64,000 nucleotides of DNA, from contig NW_024704742.1 in the NCBI RefSeq assembly GCF_018977255.1, positions 123,134,001 through 123,198,000 on the forward strand, written 5' to 3'. Under the pieces are notes generated by a model that saw only the letters and a list, made by a program, of their open reading frames with translations, had not been told where the DNA came from and did no database searches. Origin of the DNA: Callorhinchus milii (lineage: Eukaryota). The position numbers and the translations under genes are program-made. This document shows, piece after piece, positions 12,795-24,982 of the stretch. Every line of letters starts with the position of its first letter. Positions within the stretch are counted from its first letter, which is position 1.

Positions 12795-12969
12795 CAACCT
12801 TGGGCTCTTGCCAGCCCACACTGAAACTCTCTGGGTTTATATGAGCTGGAAGCATCCCTCCTGAAAGATAATGCAAATTTTATTCCAGACAAACACATAC
12901 GTGGAACACTCAGTAATTTGGAGACTCTTAAGGATGGCGATCAGTGTCAGATTGGCTGACTAAAAAAAG
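12795..12969 (+). mobile_element. Unclassified repeat 'family D', 3' fragment
   Basis: ccttgggctcttgcca...tttggagactctt...gtgtcaga..ggctgactaaaaaaa matches the 3' end of the 18894-19340 copy. Confidence 0.55.
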
Positions 12970-13983
12970 TCCTCCTCTGAAGGCAGTAACTCTGGTTTCT
13001 TGCCTGAATGACTATGCTTTAAGTATTATCCCTGATAGAAGATAGCTTGCAGTCATGTGACTAAGTATCTGCTCAATGCAGCAGTATGGCTGAGATATAC
13101 AACCACCTACCATCTGTAGCTTTATGCATATATTAGAACCCCATTTTGTTATTCCAATAAATCATCATATTCTTTGTTCCTCAGTTAGGGAAACAACTTG
13201 CAATTTTGTGGTACATCGTCATATCAAAATATATCAAAGCCTTTCACCAGGCTGAACAAACAATGGGAAACTTGTGTCAAGATATGTGTTTTTAACAGGT
13301 TAAACTTCAGAAGCACCCCATTCTTCTGAGTCTAACCAAAAGTGTTTAAAAGGTTTTGCAGGCAGTTATTTTCTTCTCAGCAAGATCCATCACACAGCCT
13401 TGAGATGAATTAACAATTTATCTGGGGACCACACACCTGGTTGCCGTTTCACAATACAATTTACATTTATATAGCTCTTTTCGCAATGGGAGGATTGTCT
13501 CAAAGCACTTTTCTTTTCAAACAATGATGTAAGATGTTTAACTTCCACCTGAACAGACAGAAGGAACTTCAATTTAATGTCTCATTTGAAGGACATGTAA
13601 CGATTCCCTAGAATTGCAATCAAGTGTCAGCCTAAGCATCACAACTTGGAGCTTTGATTTCATAGCCTTCTGAGCCAGAAGTGAGAGTGCAGTCAATCTG
13701 AGCAACGCTCATACCATATATAACAGTATATTTATCTACTGAGTCATTGTTGGAGCTTTACAAGTCATTTCAAGGCTAATAATAAGCCTTGCATTTGATA
13801 TGGCACCTTATCACGTCATCAAAACGTCTAAGTGCTTTACAAGATTTACTGTAAAGTGTAGTGACTGTGTATTTGTAGGTGAACGCACAGCAAATAATAA
13901 TAATAATTCTAGCATTTGACATGGCACCTTATAAAGTCATTGAGACATCTCAAAGCACTTCATAGAATATATTGTAAAGTGGA

Positions 13984-14477
13984 ACAAAAACAGAAGTTGC
14001 TAGGCAGATCAGGCAGCATCTGTGGACAAAGGAAAGTGAGCCAACGTTTCGGGTTCAAGACCCTTCATCAGAACTGGGACATGTTGGGAGGGAGAGGCTT
14101 TTAAGGACTAACAGAGAAGGGAGAGGCAGGGCAAGGAAGACAAAGGAGAAAATGGGGTAGAAGGGCAGGGGCTAAAAAGGTTCTAAAGAGGTGTTAATGA
14201 TGCAAAATAAAGATGGGGGGAATTGCAACAAAACAGGCAGACCAGAGAGAGAAAAATAGGTCTGGGACCAGGGTGATGTGGTAATGGTCACAAAAAAGGG
14301 AGAGAGGGAAGGGGAGCTGCTATGGTCTGAAATTGTTGAAATCAATATTGAGGCTAGAAAGGTTCCTAGCAGATAAATGAGGTGTTGTTCCTCGCGCTTG
14401 TGCTGTGGCTCATTGGAAGAATGTAGGCGACCATGGATAGAGAGGTCAGAGTGGGAGGGGGAATTAAATAGTGAGGG
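13984..14477 (-). mobile_element. Penelope-like element fragment (GIY-YIG C-terminus plus terminal repeat), inserted into a SINE tail
   Basis: Peptide FNSPSHSDLSIHGRLHSSNEPQHKREEQHLIYLLGT resembles the C-terminus of fish/shark Penelope ORFs. Perfect 15-bp TSD atattgtaaagtgga at 13969-13983 and 14478-14492. Confidence 0.85.
14039..14075 (-). ncRNA. Minimal type I hammerhead ribozyme motif in Penelope terminal repeat
   Basis: Minus strand: AGTT-CTGATGA-A-GGGT(CTTGA)ACCC-GAAACGTT-GGCT. Intact CUGANGA and GAAA cores, stem II, palindromic ACGT stem III and a 4-bp stem I with wobbles. Confidence 0.7.
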
Positions 14478-15034
14478 ATATTGTAAAGTGGATTGACTGT
14501 GTATTTTGTGGGTGAAACGCACACAAACTATTTTGAGTACAAACAGCCGTGAAGTGCACTATGTTGTACTTTAAGTGCACTAATGTCACAATTGCATGAG
14601 AAAGAAGGAAATAGAGGGGTTTGGGAGAGGGGAATTAGGAGAGGTTGAAGTTCTTGTGTAGTATAAACATTGATACTTACTCGTTGGCCAAATGCCCTTT
14701 TTCTGTGCTGGAACATATGTAATTCTGTGTAAATAGATGCAACAAAGAAACATAATGAAAACATCAGTACCAATTCAGGATCCATGTCTCGTGACAGAAT
14801 GCATGTGTTATGAAATAGTACAACTTTCTTAATTATTGCCAGCCCCCACTGACCTGCCAATCTGTGCTCTTACTGCTCTCTCTGCCCTAAATCTTGCGGT
14901 CTCCGGTTACTCCAGGCCACCTTCTAGGATATTGGACCACTCATCTTGGGTCCAATCTGCAATTATCAAGGCAGGTTTGCAATTACTTTATTCAATCAGT
15001 TTCCCCTTCTGGTAAGTTACCCTTCTGGTAAGTT

Positions 15035-15322
15035 TTGCTTCACCGGATCTGGCCTCCTCCTTGTCCCCCGAATCCTCCGCTCCACCATCAGCGGCCATGC
15101 CTTCAGGCACTATGCCCCGAGGGTCTGGAACTCCCTTCCTCACTCCCTTCGCCTCGCCCCATCTCTTCCTATTTTCAGGTCTCAGCTTTCTTTACGATCG
15201 ACCCCTTTGGTCACCTTCCTCTCCCTCCCCCTGGCTTGACTCCGGGATCCGTTACTGTGAAACGCTCTGAGACGCCGTCCAGCGTGGAAGGCACTATATA
15301 AATCCAAGTTGTTGTTGTTGTT
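15035..15322 (+). mobile_element. L2 LINE 3' fragment
   Basis: Peptide TGSGLLLVPRILRSTISGHAFRHYAPRVWNSLPHSLRLA and a (TTG)n tail. Confidence 0.85.
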
Positions 15323-15325
15323 TTT

Positions 15326-15580
15326 ATGATAAACCTTTATCAAACACTGGTTAGGCCTCAGCTAGAGTACTGTGTTCAGTTCTGTGCACCACACTTTAGG
15401 AAAGATGTCAAGGCATTGGAGAGGTTGCAAAGGGACTCCAGTTATAAGAAGAGGCGAGAAGCTAGAATAATCTCCTTGAAGCAGAGAAGGTTAAGAGGAG
15501 ACATAATAGAAGTTTTCAAAATTATGAGGGGATTATAGGGTGAACAAGGAGAAACTATTTCCACTGGTGAATGGGTCGGT
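15326..15580 (+). mobile_element. CR1 LINE ORF2 C-terminal fragment
   Basis: Peptide LYQTLVRPQLEYCVQF.APHFRKDVKALERLQR...RRLRGDIIEVFKIM. Confidence 0.9.
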
Positions 15581-15598
15581 AATATGAATCTATGAAGA

Positions 15599-15919
15599 GT
15601 GGAGTCCTGTAGCTCAGTGGTTAGAGCACTCGCCTTGCAAACAAGACACCTGGGTTCAATTCCAGGCAGGGCGAAACCTTGGCCAAGTTTCCTTACTCCA
15701 CACGCCTAATAATAATCCCTCCAAAACAAAACAATAATAAATTGGTCATTTTCAATCCACGACTGTTTGTGGGACACTGCTGTGCGCAATTGGCTGCCAC
15801 GTTTCGCCCACAAATATACAGTCAATTCACTTTACAGTCTATTCTGTGAAGCACTTTGACACCGAGAAGACGTAAAAAGCACTGTATCAAATGCAAGGAT
15901 TATTTATTATTATTATTAT
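15599..15919 (+). mobile_element. tRNA-Ala-like SINE (family A), full length
   Basis: gtggagtcctgtagctcagtggttagagcactcgcc head through to the atcaaatgcaaggattatt tail. Confidence 0.9.
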
Positions 15920-16861
15920 GATTCATTCTGGTGCAGATCTGAGTTTTAGAGCCGGTATTACACAAAAGGAGACCATTCATCGCATTAAGTCTGTGCCACT
16001 GCTGCTTCTATTTTTAAAATTGCCGTTTATTTTATTAATTCCACTTTTCGGCTCTTTTCCCATATCCTCTCATGATTTGACTTAACACAGTAATAACGCA
16101 TTGCGGGGCAAGAACTTATTTCCGCTAATAACAGGAATAACAGGCTTTCCTATTCGCTAAGTCCAAGATCAAACATAATTTAGCAAATCTTGTGGTTCTA
16201 CAGGACAGCATGTTGAGTTAACATTGTGATGAGGTAACCTGAAAAGAATAAAATGGCTTGTGGTAGGGTGCATCCAAAGAGAGAAAAATAAACCATTCTG
16301 GGAGAGCATAAGTTTGGGTGGTACTGATCCATCTACAACAATGTCTGAAACCGGTCAAACAGGTCCATTTATACATATGTGAACCCATGGGCTGTGTTGT
16401 ACAGACACTGCCATCCTTGACTTGAATTAGCAATTTGACAAGTTAAGGGTTGACAGTATGCTGTACACAATACCTCAGTGTCAGTATCTTCTGCTCAGTT
16501 CACTAATGGCAATAATTAACGTGCTGCACCTCATTGGCTTGGCAGCAATAAGTTGCAAGTTTCTGTTTCCAAATAATATTCAGCACTTTACCACCAACTG
16601 TGAAACAATGTGATTGTTTCATTCTCCGAAACAGCTAGTGGTTCTCTTTCAACATACTTTTCAAAGACCACCCACCAAGCTACAAATCTTGCTCCACTCC
16701 AAAGTTTTCCATAATTGTTTCAATTTGTCCTTTAATGCCTGTTTCCATCCAGGAACTTCAAGGTCTCTTTCTGAAGTTTAAAACAATTCTATTCAAGTGA
16801 GACTGAAGGCCTTCAACATTTATTGTTAGTAAATGTGTATCTGGTGATTAAGTTAAGGATC

Positions 16862-17170
16862 TTTGGCTCCTCCCATGGTTCAGTTGGTAAAGCCAATGCC
16901 CATTGTGAGTCTGAACCGTTCCGCACAGAAGGTCATAGGTTCAATTTTCCAACTTGTGTTGAGATATCTGATCTCAGTAAGGGTGGTAGAATGGGTTCCA
17001 GTGCCCCTCAGTTGGAGAGATGGAAAATTCGTCCAGGGTACTTGATCTTTATTTTTAACTAGTGATTCCTGCTGGAAACCATGTAAATGGGGATAGGATC
17101 CAGATGTAATGGTCACTTTTTGTGATTAGCTGCCACTCATGTTTGCAGAGTAGCCATTTGGATTAGGTGC
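16862..17170 (+). mobile_element. Ancient SINE-like repeat (family C)
   Basis: Colinear with 36385-36690: ttcagttg..., ccaggtt.., gag.ta.ctgatctcag, ..cagtg..cctgctgg. Fragments also at ~445-515, ~21830-22020 (-) and ~33100-33190. Confidence 0.5.
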
Positions 17171-18893
17171 CATAATCAGACAATAACTATAGAAGTGCAC
17201 CAAGCATGAGCAGGGCCCATGGAGGAGCATGAGGAGGGGGAAATCCAGCTAAGGAGATCATTATGGTTGAGCTGTACACAGAAGAATTATGGTCCTCCTC
17301 CCTATCAGTGGTTTAAGAGCTGCTTATCCTGGTTGGGTTCATTCATGGTACTTGAACTACCTTCAGTTGACTGCAGGAGCAGGATGTTTCATGATCTGCT
17401 AAATATTACTGGTCACATTACCACTTTACATATTGCATTTTGCCCCCTCCCGGCTTTTTTGAATTTCAAAAAGTTGGCCTATAGAAGAAACAGATTTGAT
17501 ATTAAGAAGAGTCATAATCTCCATAATCCATGGAGTAATGGATTAAGTGCTGTTATTCTGAGAAATACATACGATCAAAAATTCCATCCAAATTCAGAAT
17601 TAATTTATGAATTTTCATAATTCTGTTTCTCTCATTGTAAGATGCATAATGGGATTTTCATGCAGTTTAAATGTACAGCAGCAGTAGTATATTTATTATT
17701 TCTAGCATGTTCTATGTACTCAATTAGTTCTTATTTTGGCAAATGGTTTATGGTTGTAAAGGTGAGAAATGTGAATCTAGTGGAGGTTTGCTCTAATGTT
17801 TGGAATCCACGAGGCGTGACAATAGATTATCAAGTGCTGGCCAGTTCCCACGTTAAAAAGTAGGCTGACTTCCAGGTCATCTGGTCACTGCCAATGCCAC
17901 AAGTGTTTTCCTCAAATGCACAGTAAATGGGGTCCACAGTGTAATCATCACAGTAATTCATTTCAATTGCTTCAGGCATAGGGAAAACATATTAAATAGT
18001 CCTTCACTGTATAAAATATAGCAAACCTTTTAATGTTGGTGTTACTGTAAGTGGATTCTACTGCTGTTGCTAAAATAGGGGCACATTGAGGTTTATTAGT
18101 TACTTTCATGTAAATGATTAATCTGGTGAAGGATTCCCAGTTTGAGTATAGCAAACACACAGATCAAAGCAACCATATCAAAAGCAGAGGGCCTGAAGAG
18201 GACAGGTCAGATCCAGGCTGTTTGTGTACCTTATTGCTGGTGAGGACTGAATACCCTTTTTCTGTTCACCTTACCAAGCCCATTACATACAATTCATCCT
18301 TGTCTTATTTGCTAATAGTCATGGTTTTGAATAGTTAATATATAATTATTTCAGCGAAGTATCGGATATTATTGGAAATGTAATTTGTTTGCCAATCTGT
18401 GGTTTATTTTGGCACTTATTTACTCAGTGAATTATTATTTTTAATAATATAAAATGAATAAACTATTATACTTGTAAACTCCTCTGACAGGCAGCACGGA
18501 AACACACCATTTGGCCCAACCAATCTGTGCGGGTGTTTATACTCTAAGTGAGTCTTCACCCACTCCTTACTCCCTCCCAAACCCTCTTATTCCCTTCTCC
18601 ACAAGCGAAAGTCTAGCTTCCTAGACTTGAGAATGCAGAGCGTGTGTTGGGATACTACTGGAGTATAACCATCTAAAACTATATAGCTTGCGATGGAAGT
18701 GAAAAGATCGCCACTTTGAGGAGAGAGCTTCCTGAGGCTGAGCAAATATTTATAAAAAATACATTTTTCCTCTGATCATCATTCAATACACTAACCTGAT
18801 TGTAATTCCCTATTGTAATTCCAAATCTTCCATACCCCTCGGTTACCACCATTGGATTTATAAGTTGCTGGAGTGAGAGGCAAATGCTGGCTA

Positions 18894-19340
18894 GCGGGGT
18901 CTCCTTGGAGCTGAGCTGGCTCTATGGTGGCATTGCCTGACAACGGAATGTCGGAATCAAGCCAACCCTCTGTGGCGGTCTTAGTAGTCCGGTTCCTTAG
19001 CCAAGCAGGTCCACAGTGTTCTTGGGCACTGCTGATGACAGCACAGCCAACCTAGCTGGACAAGCAGTGGGAAAGCCTGCCAGACCGTGATATCAATGGG
19101 AAGCTATGTGGTTTTAGCTGGTTAGATTTCGGTAGCACCCTAACATGCCCCCTGGGGTTCCCAAGCCTTGGCTGTTGTCATCCAGGGCCTTATACTTTCT
19201 GGAATTAGGGAAGCAGGTTGCGTCCCTCCATGGAAAGTGCACATTCCATTCCAACAATCTATCTCTGGGGGTTTGGATTTGGATACTCTTGAGCATTGTG
19301 ATGGGTTTCTGCATGTGTCAGACACCCGGTTGACAAAAAC
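18894..19340 (+). mobile_element. Unclassified repeat 'family D', longest copy
   Basis: Homologous to 7 other segments in the window. Ends at gtgtcagacacccggttgac followed by an A-rich stretch. Confidence 0.8.
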
Positions 19341-22300
19341 CCTTTGCAAAGTCCTGTTAACAACTACTTATCATACACAAGTGCTATCAAAAGCTTTTCG
19401 ACTACACGCTACTTACTCTTCAATAATTCTATTCCTACTCCAAGTGTTTAGTGCTGTATGCCTGTTCCCACCATTGCATTTATATGTTTCTGGAGTAGGA
19501 GGCAAATGCTGGCTAAATAGACAAAATTTTGCAAGACCTTTGAAATCCCACATACTTCAGGTGAAATCAACAGGGAAGACCATGAATTAACGTGAATAAT
19601 TGTATGCTAATTTTATGTGTTTTTATGAAATATGTCTTAAAAGTTTTTCCCCCAAATTCCGCTACTTTTGTATTATTTTGTTGACACAGAATTGTACAGA
19701 CTTTCGAGCCTTATGTTCCTATACAAAATGCCAAGGAACTTTAGTGTGCTTCAAGTTGATATGGTGGATCACGCGAGACAACTATAACAACAACAACAAC
19801 TTGCATTTATATAGCACCATTCACTCAGGGGAGCAGAGTCCAAAGTAGTCTCCATTAGATCTGCGATATTTAGCATATAAATAAAATCTCAGACAATAGA
19901 CAGCTTGAACTGGATGAAACAGTGCTGGATATTACCCAGACATCTTTTTTTGAGATTCCGCCAGGGGAAGGGAGGGGAAGGCTTCACTCTCTTCAGTTGA
20001 AAAGCTCTTGTATATGAGACCCCTGCTCTGTGTCCTCAACTTTTATGGGATCGTAAATCAGAATCTGCCATTGTAGGCGGCATCAAAGGATTCCTCTATT
20101 TACGAATAGACAAAGAATTAAAAGTCAGAAGAGCCAACATATAATGTTTTATTGTTAGTTTGCTCGATGCAAGTGGGATGGCTCACAATAGACATAAGGG
20201 GCATATTCCTGTTACTTCTAGAAAGTGGTTATAACTTCTCCATTTTACTTGTGAGCCCTAAGAGCCTCCCAGAAAATGATTGGTTATGGTGGTTACATGG
20301 AACCATTTCGTTGAAAACTCTCAGGTTCCATCTGCCAACAAGCAGTTCAGTTCGATTCTCAGGATTGAACTTATGAACCTCAGTATTTCTGCTTTCAGAG
20401 CCTTGCTTCGTGTTTGGATGGAAAATCACTGTTTTTTCCTTATACTGTACTTTCTCACATCTACACCAGATGAAATGATGAAGCACATCTTTAAATAGGA
20501 GCTTAACAAAATCTCCCACAAATTCCATCAACTAACTACTCAAAAACTAGTTTTGCTGCCTTCAATAGAAATGAAAATAATAATAATAATATCCTTGCAT
20601 TTGATATAACACCTTATCAAGTCACTGAGATGTCTTAAATTGCATTGTAGAATATACCGCCATCTTAGATATTGGTAAACTTTTGAGTCCTGTAAATGGC
20701 AGATGAGGAACAATATAAATGGACACTTCAGAATTTCTATGTAAACTTTTAAAACAGTTTCTACAGAATTTTAAAATAGTGAAAATCACTGACCTCAGCT
20801 AAATATGTCTGATTCACAAATCAGCGTCAACTCTTTTAATGTAAAACGTTTGCTAACATAGAAATATTCTGCATTAAATGTGGATATATTGTTTACTTCA
20901 CCTGTCTAATCATTCAGGCAGATAAAGACGACATTGTTCGCTGCTATTTCAAAGTAAACAACAATAATTTACATCTATGTATGCCTTTGACATCTGGAGG
21001 ACATCTCGAGTTGTTTCACACAGCTGCCTGGAAGCTTGACCTGGGGGAAGGGAAAGGTAACCAAAAGCACTGTCAACACGAACGGTGAGCTTTAAAGGTG
21101 GGGAAGGAGTAGTCGAGGCCAAGACATGGATTTTCCAAGAGTGGTAGCAGAATGGGTGGAAGCTCGCCCATCGATGATAGAGATAAACTGGAGTTTTTCT
21201 GGTTATCCTGGTTTTTATAATTTATAATAATCCTCACATCAGATATAGCACTTTATCATGTCACCGAGACATATCAAAGCACTTCACAGGATACCTGTAA
21301 AATGTAGTGACTGAACACTTTATGCTGCAGGTCAGTCATTAGAAGGACTCATCAAGCAATAACTTTGTGTAACAGTGAGCCGGGAACAACTCAGCCTTTG
21401 TGCTCCAGTAACTTTGGAATACCAAAATTCTCCAGCATCTCTTGCAAGACATTATGGGAAAAGCAGTAATGGTCTTATAAAATGTGTGTGCACATTTAGA
21501 ACAGCACTGGTGTCTACTGATTTATGCATTTTACAGAATCTTTATCCTATTGTGCCAACACTTCCCTTTATAATGGAGCTTGGACTGTTCCCAGATCAAA
21601 CACATTATTGTACTAGCACTTTCTTTAATACGGGGAGCAAGATTAAGATACTCTGATCAGCATTCGCTGGTATCTTTATTCATTCATATGACATGTCTGT
21701 GCAGAAGCAATGCCCTTGCTCCTTTGCTGGTCTTATTTTTTTTCCCTTGTCTCTTTAGGGATCCACAGGCACCAGCCAATCTTTGGTACTTTACCTGTCC
21801 ATTGTTCGTGTATGAGCAGGGAGGGAGACTATCACTGGCTTTAGGCCTATGTGGGGCAATCCCAGCTAAACCTATTTCCATCCTTACCTGATAACCATAC
21901 ACAACAATGCGATCTTGAATGGGAATCTTCCTTGAATTTCCCCTCTCCAGCCCTGGGGAACTGAGGCCAATTGAAGAGCCTGTATTGGCTTCCTGGTTAA
22001 CCTGATACAAAGTGGGACCCTCCAGGTCTGAATTGCTAAATGACACACTTTTCATGTTGCAATCCTCACCAGAGAATTAGCTGTCAAACTCCGAATGAAA
22101 AGAAAATGCCTGATCATCCACAAAGCTGTGGACGTTTGTGCTGGAGGCTTCGTCCAAACTTTTCTCAATTAAGTTGCATTAGCCTAAGATTTATTCTGTG
22201 ACCACCTTGTTTCTGTGGCTAGGATGGAATGGATCATTTGCCCCCATGTGTTTGGGAGAAAGTGACAGAGCCTCATGTCACAGGGGTTGACTCTGCAGCC

Positions 22301-23254
22301 ACCAACTCACTGGTGCCGGGCATAGCACAAGCATTACAGCTGGAGAAAGTGTACGTGCCATCAGCACTGATGTTGGAGGAAACCCTCTGCTTGATTCAGT
22401 GCCAGACTCTGAATCCAGATCAGCGCTGGCACGCCCACTGTCTATGCTATTGTGCCAACAACACACAAAAAAGTCAATCCACTCTTTTAAATAACTTCAT
22501 TTCCAGGCTGCACAAACAAGGGAAAAACAAACTCTAATGAGAATATGAATCCAACAAGTTCCCGTGCCTTGTCCTGTAGAAGTGTAGGGCAGAATCTCTT
22601 CACATACTGATCCTATTAATAGGTGTAGGACAGCATTTCACAACACAATGGGGCCCGAGGGGCTTTTTCAAAATTTTCTAAACTATTTTTACATTCTGAG
22701 CTATAAATTCTGCATTATTTTTGTGCTTGAAAGACCAAGCAATGTGATACAGCACTCCAGTTAAACTAAATTAGGGCAGTTCTAACCTTCAGTAAATTCA
22801 CTGCGAACATGACTCCCCATAAAAAAACAGGGATTGTAGTTCAAAGTGTTAGAGGGAAGGGGAGGGAGAAAGGGGAAGGAAGAATCCATTTTTGTTTATC
22901 CTGTCCTTTAATCTTCTTGAAATATGGTAACTACCCATGTGTAGAATAATCGGAATGTCGCTAGCAAGATCTCTTCAAATTACAGCAGCATTCATGTTCA
23001 CAATACTTGGCAGTCAAGTCTGTTCATCACGGGACTCCAGATATGGCAGCTTTGAATCGTAGACATGTCCCTTCAGTCAGTAATAAACATTTTTTAATTT
23101 GAGGTGAGTCACATGCAGTAATCCTATGTTTACAATTATACAGCCAAGCAATATTAAAACATCCATGCTTAGACAATCTAAATGAACACGCACTAAGAAC
23201 AGATTGGACAAGGCAACATACCACTAAATTATAAGAATTAGACAGTTTTAGGTT

Positions 23255-23635
23255 CAAGCTCCACATCAAGACTTTGAGTTCATAGTCTAGGCTAATACTC
23301 TAGTGTAGTGTTGGGAGGATTGCTGCATTGTCAGAGGTGTCGATCTTCGGATGAGATATTAAAACTGAGGCACCGTCTGCCTGTTCAGGTAGACATTAAA
23401 GATCCCATAACACTATTCGTAAAAGGGAAGTGAGTTTTTCCCGATGTCCTGGCCAACAATCCTTCAGATGAAACTGATTATTCATTGATCATGGCTCTTT
23501 TCTGTGCGTAAATTGGCTGTTTATTTTGGCTACTAGTACACAGTCACTGCACTTCACAGTAAATCCTGTGAAGTGCTTTGAGACGTTTTGATGACATGAT
23601 AAAGTGCTTAGCAAAAGCAAGGATTATTATTTATT
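23255..23635 (+). mobile_element. Deu-domain SINE (family B)
   Basis: gaggtgtcgatcttcggatgagatattaaaactgagg...attaaagatcccataacacta...gtcctggccaac resembles the AmnSINE1/SacSINE1 Deu domain. L2-like tail. Confidence 0.8.
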
Positions 23636-24533
23636 CTAAAATCTGCACTTGTTCATGATGGACCTCTAACAAATGTTCCTTTCAGTTAATGTAATTGAAC
23701 TGAAAGCAGTTTACTGACTGTATTGTGGCTCATAGGGCCCTAATACAGTCTGTATTTGGCCTGCATTAGGGCTGAATAACTTGCACTCTGCATCATTCAG
23801 CAGTAAATGCAACCTTCACACCAATATCAGCAACACGTTGAATCGATGTCAGTGACAGAACTTACTCCATGTAATACAAGCAACAACAACAAATTGCATT
23901 TATATAGCGCCTTTCACGTCAGGAGAAAGGACATATGTAGTACAAGGTTCAAGAGTGATAAGTGAATAAATGTCAGGGAAAGGGTTAAGGACGACATAAC
24001 GACTACAGTGACAACGTGTATGTCTCAATGTTTTTTTTGCTGAGTTTATAGTTTTCATGTGGATGAAACATCTCAATGTTACTCAATCGCCCAACATCCT
24101 GCTATACTACGTGCAGCCTCTCATTTTAGCCCATATGTGCTATACTTGTTAATAAACTGCTGAATTGGAGTCACACCCTTGATGGAAAAAAACTTTGGGT
24201 TGAAATTCCAGAAGCCAGACAGTGCTTGATTAAAGGGACTGGGTGGTGGTCGTGTATAATATTAGCTCCAAAACATTAACATATGAAATTTGTGTTATTT
24301 CAGTGGTAGTCTCAAAATCTGATGGCTAGGCCGTTCATTTTCAGATAAAGTCCCTAACTCCGGTTCAAGAAGCACTAAGAGTTGATAATTATACAACACT
24401 AAGAGATGATAATTGTTGCCTGTTTGTGTCGGATGTATGTATATGTTTATTTTGGGGGATAAATTAATGTAGAACCATGGACAACAGGAGGGTATGGAAA
24501 GCAGGATAAGGCATCATCTGTCATACACCGCAT

Positions 24534-24750
24534 TGTGGAGCCTTGTAGCTCAGTTTTTGGAGCACTCACCTTGCAAGCGAGAGACCTGCTGTGCGCAATT
24601 GGCTGCTGCGTTTCGCCCACAAAATATACAGTCAATTTACTTTACAGTTTATTCTGTGAAGCACTTTGAGACGTCTCGAATAAAGCGCTATATCAAATGC
24701 AAGGATTATTATTATTATTATATCAAATGCAAGGATTCTTCTTCTTCTTA
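24534..24750 (+). mobile_element. Family A SINE, internally deleted, with duplicated tail
   Basis: Head fused to body. tatatcaaatgcaaggatt occurs twice. Confidence 0.8.
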
Positions 24751-24952
24751 AGTACACAAGAACACACCAGCAGTATAACATCCAACTTTACAAGGTTCCA
24801 AAGAGCTGTACATATACGTTCTTGCTGTTTTGGGAAACTAAGTTACTTATCAACAATCCAAGTTGACCTTATGCAAATCCAAAGCCTTTTAAGTGGTTTA
24901 GCTGGGACTACTGTATTTCTCTAAAACTAGCAAATAGTCTGATCTGTGAGGT

Positions 24953-24982
24953 GGGGGGGGGGGGGGGGGGGGGGAGGGGGGG
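24953..24982 (+). repeat. Poly-G tract
   Basis: About 30 nt, almost all G. Confidence 0.95.

Noticed and set aside
22229..22537. Overlapping ORFs and a minus-strand GTGAGT donor
   Set aside because: No recognisable homology and no coherent acceptor and frame combination.
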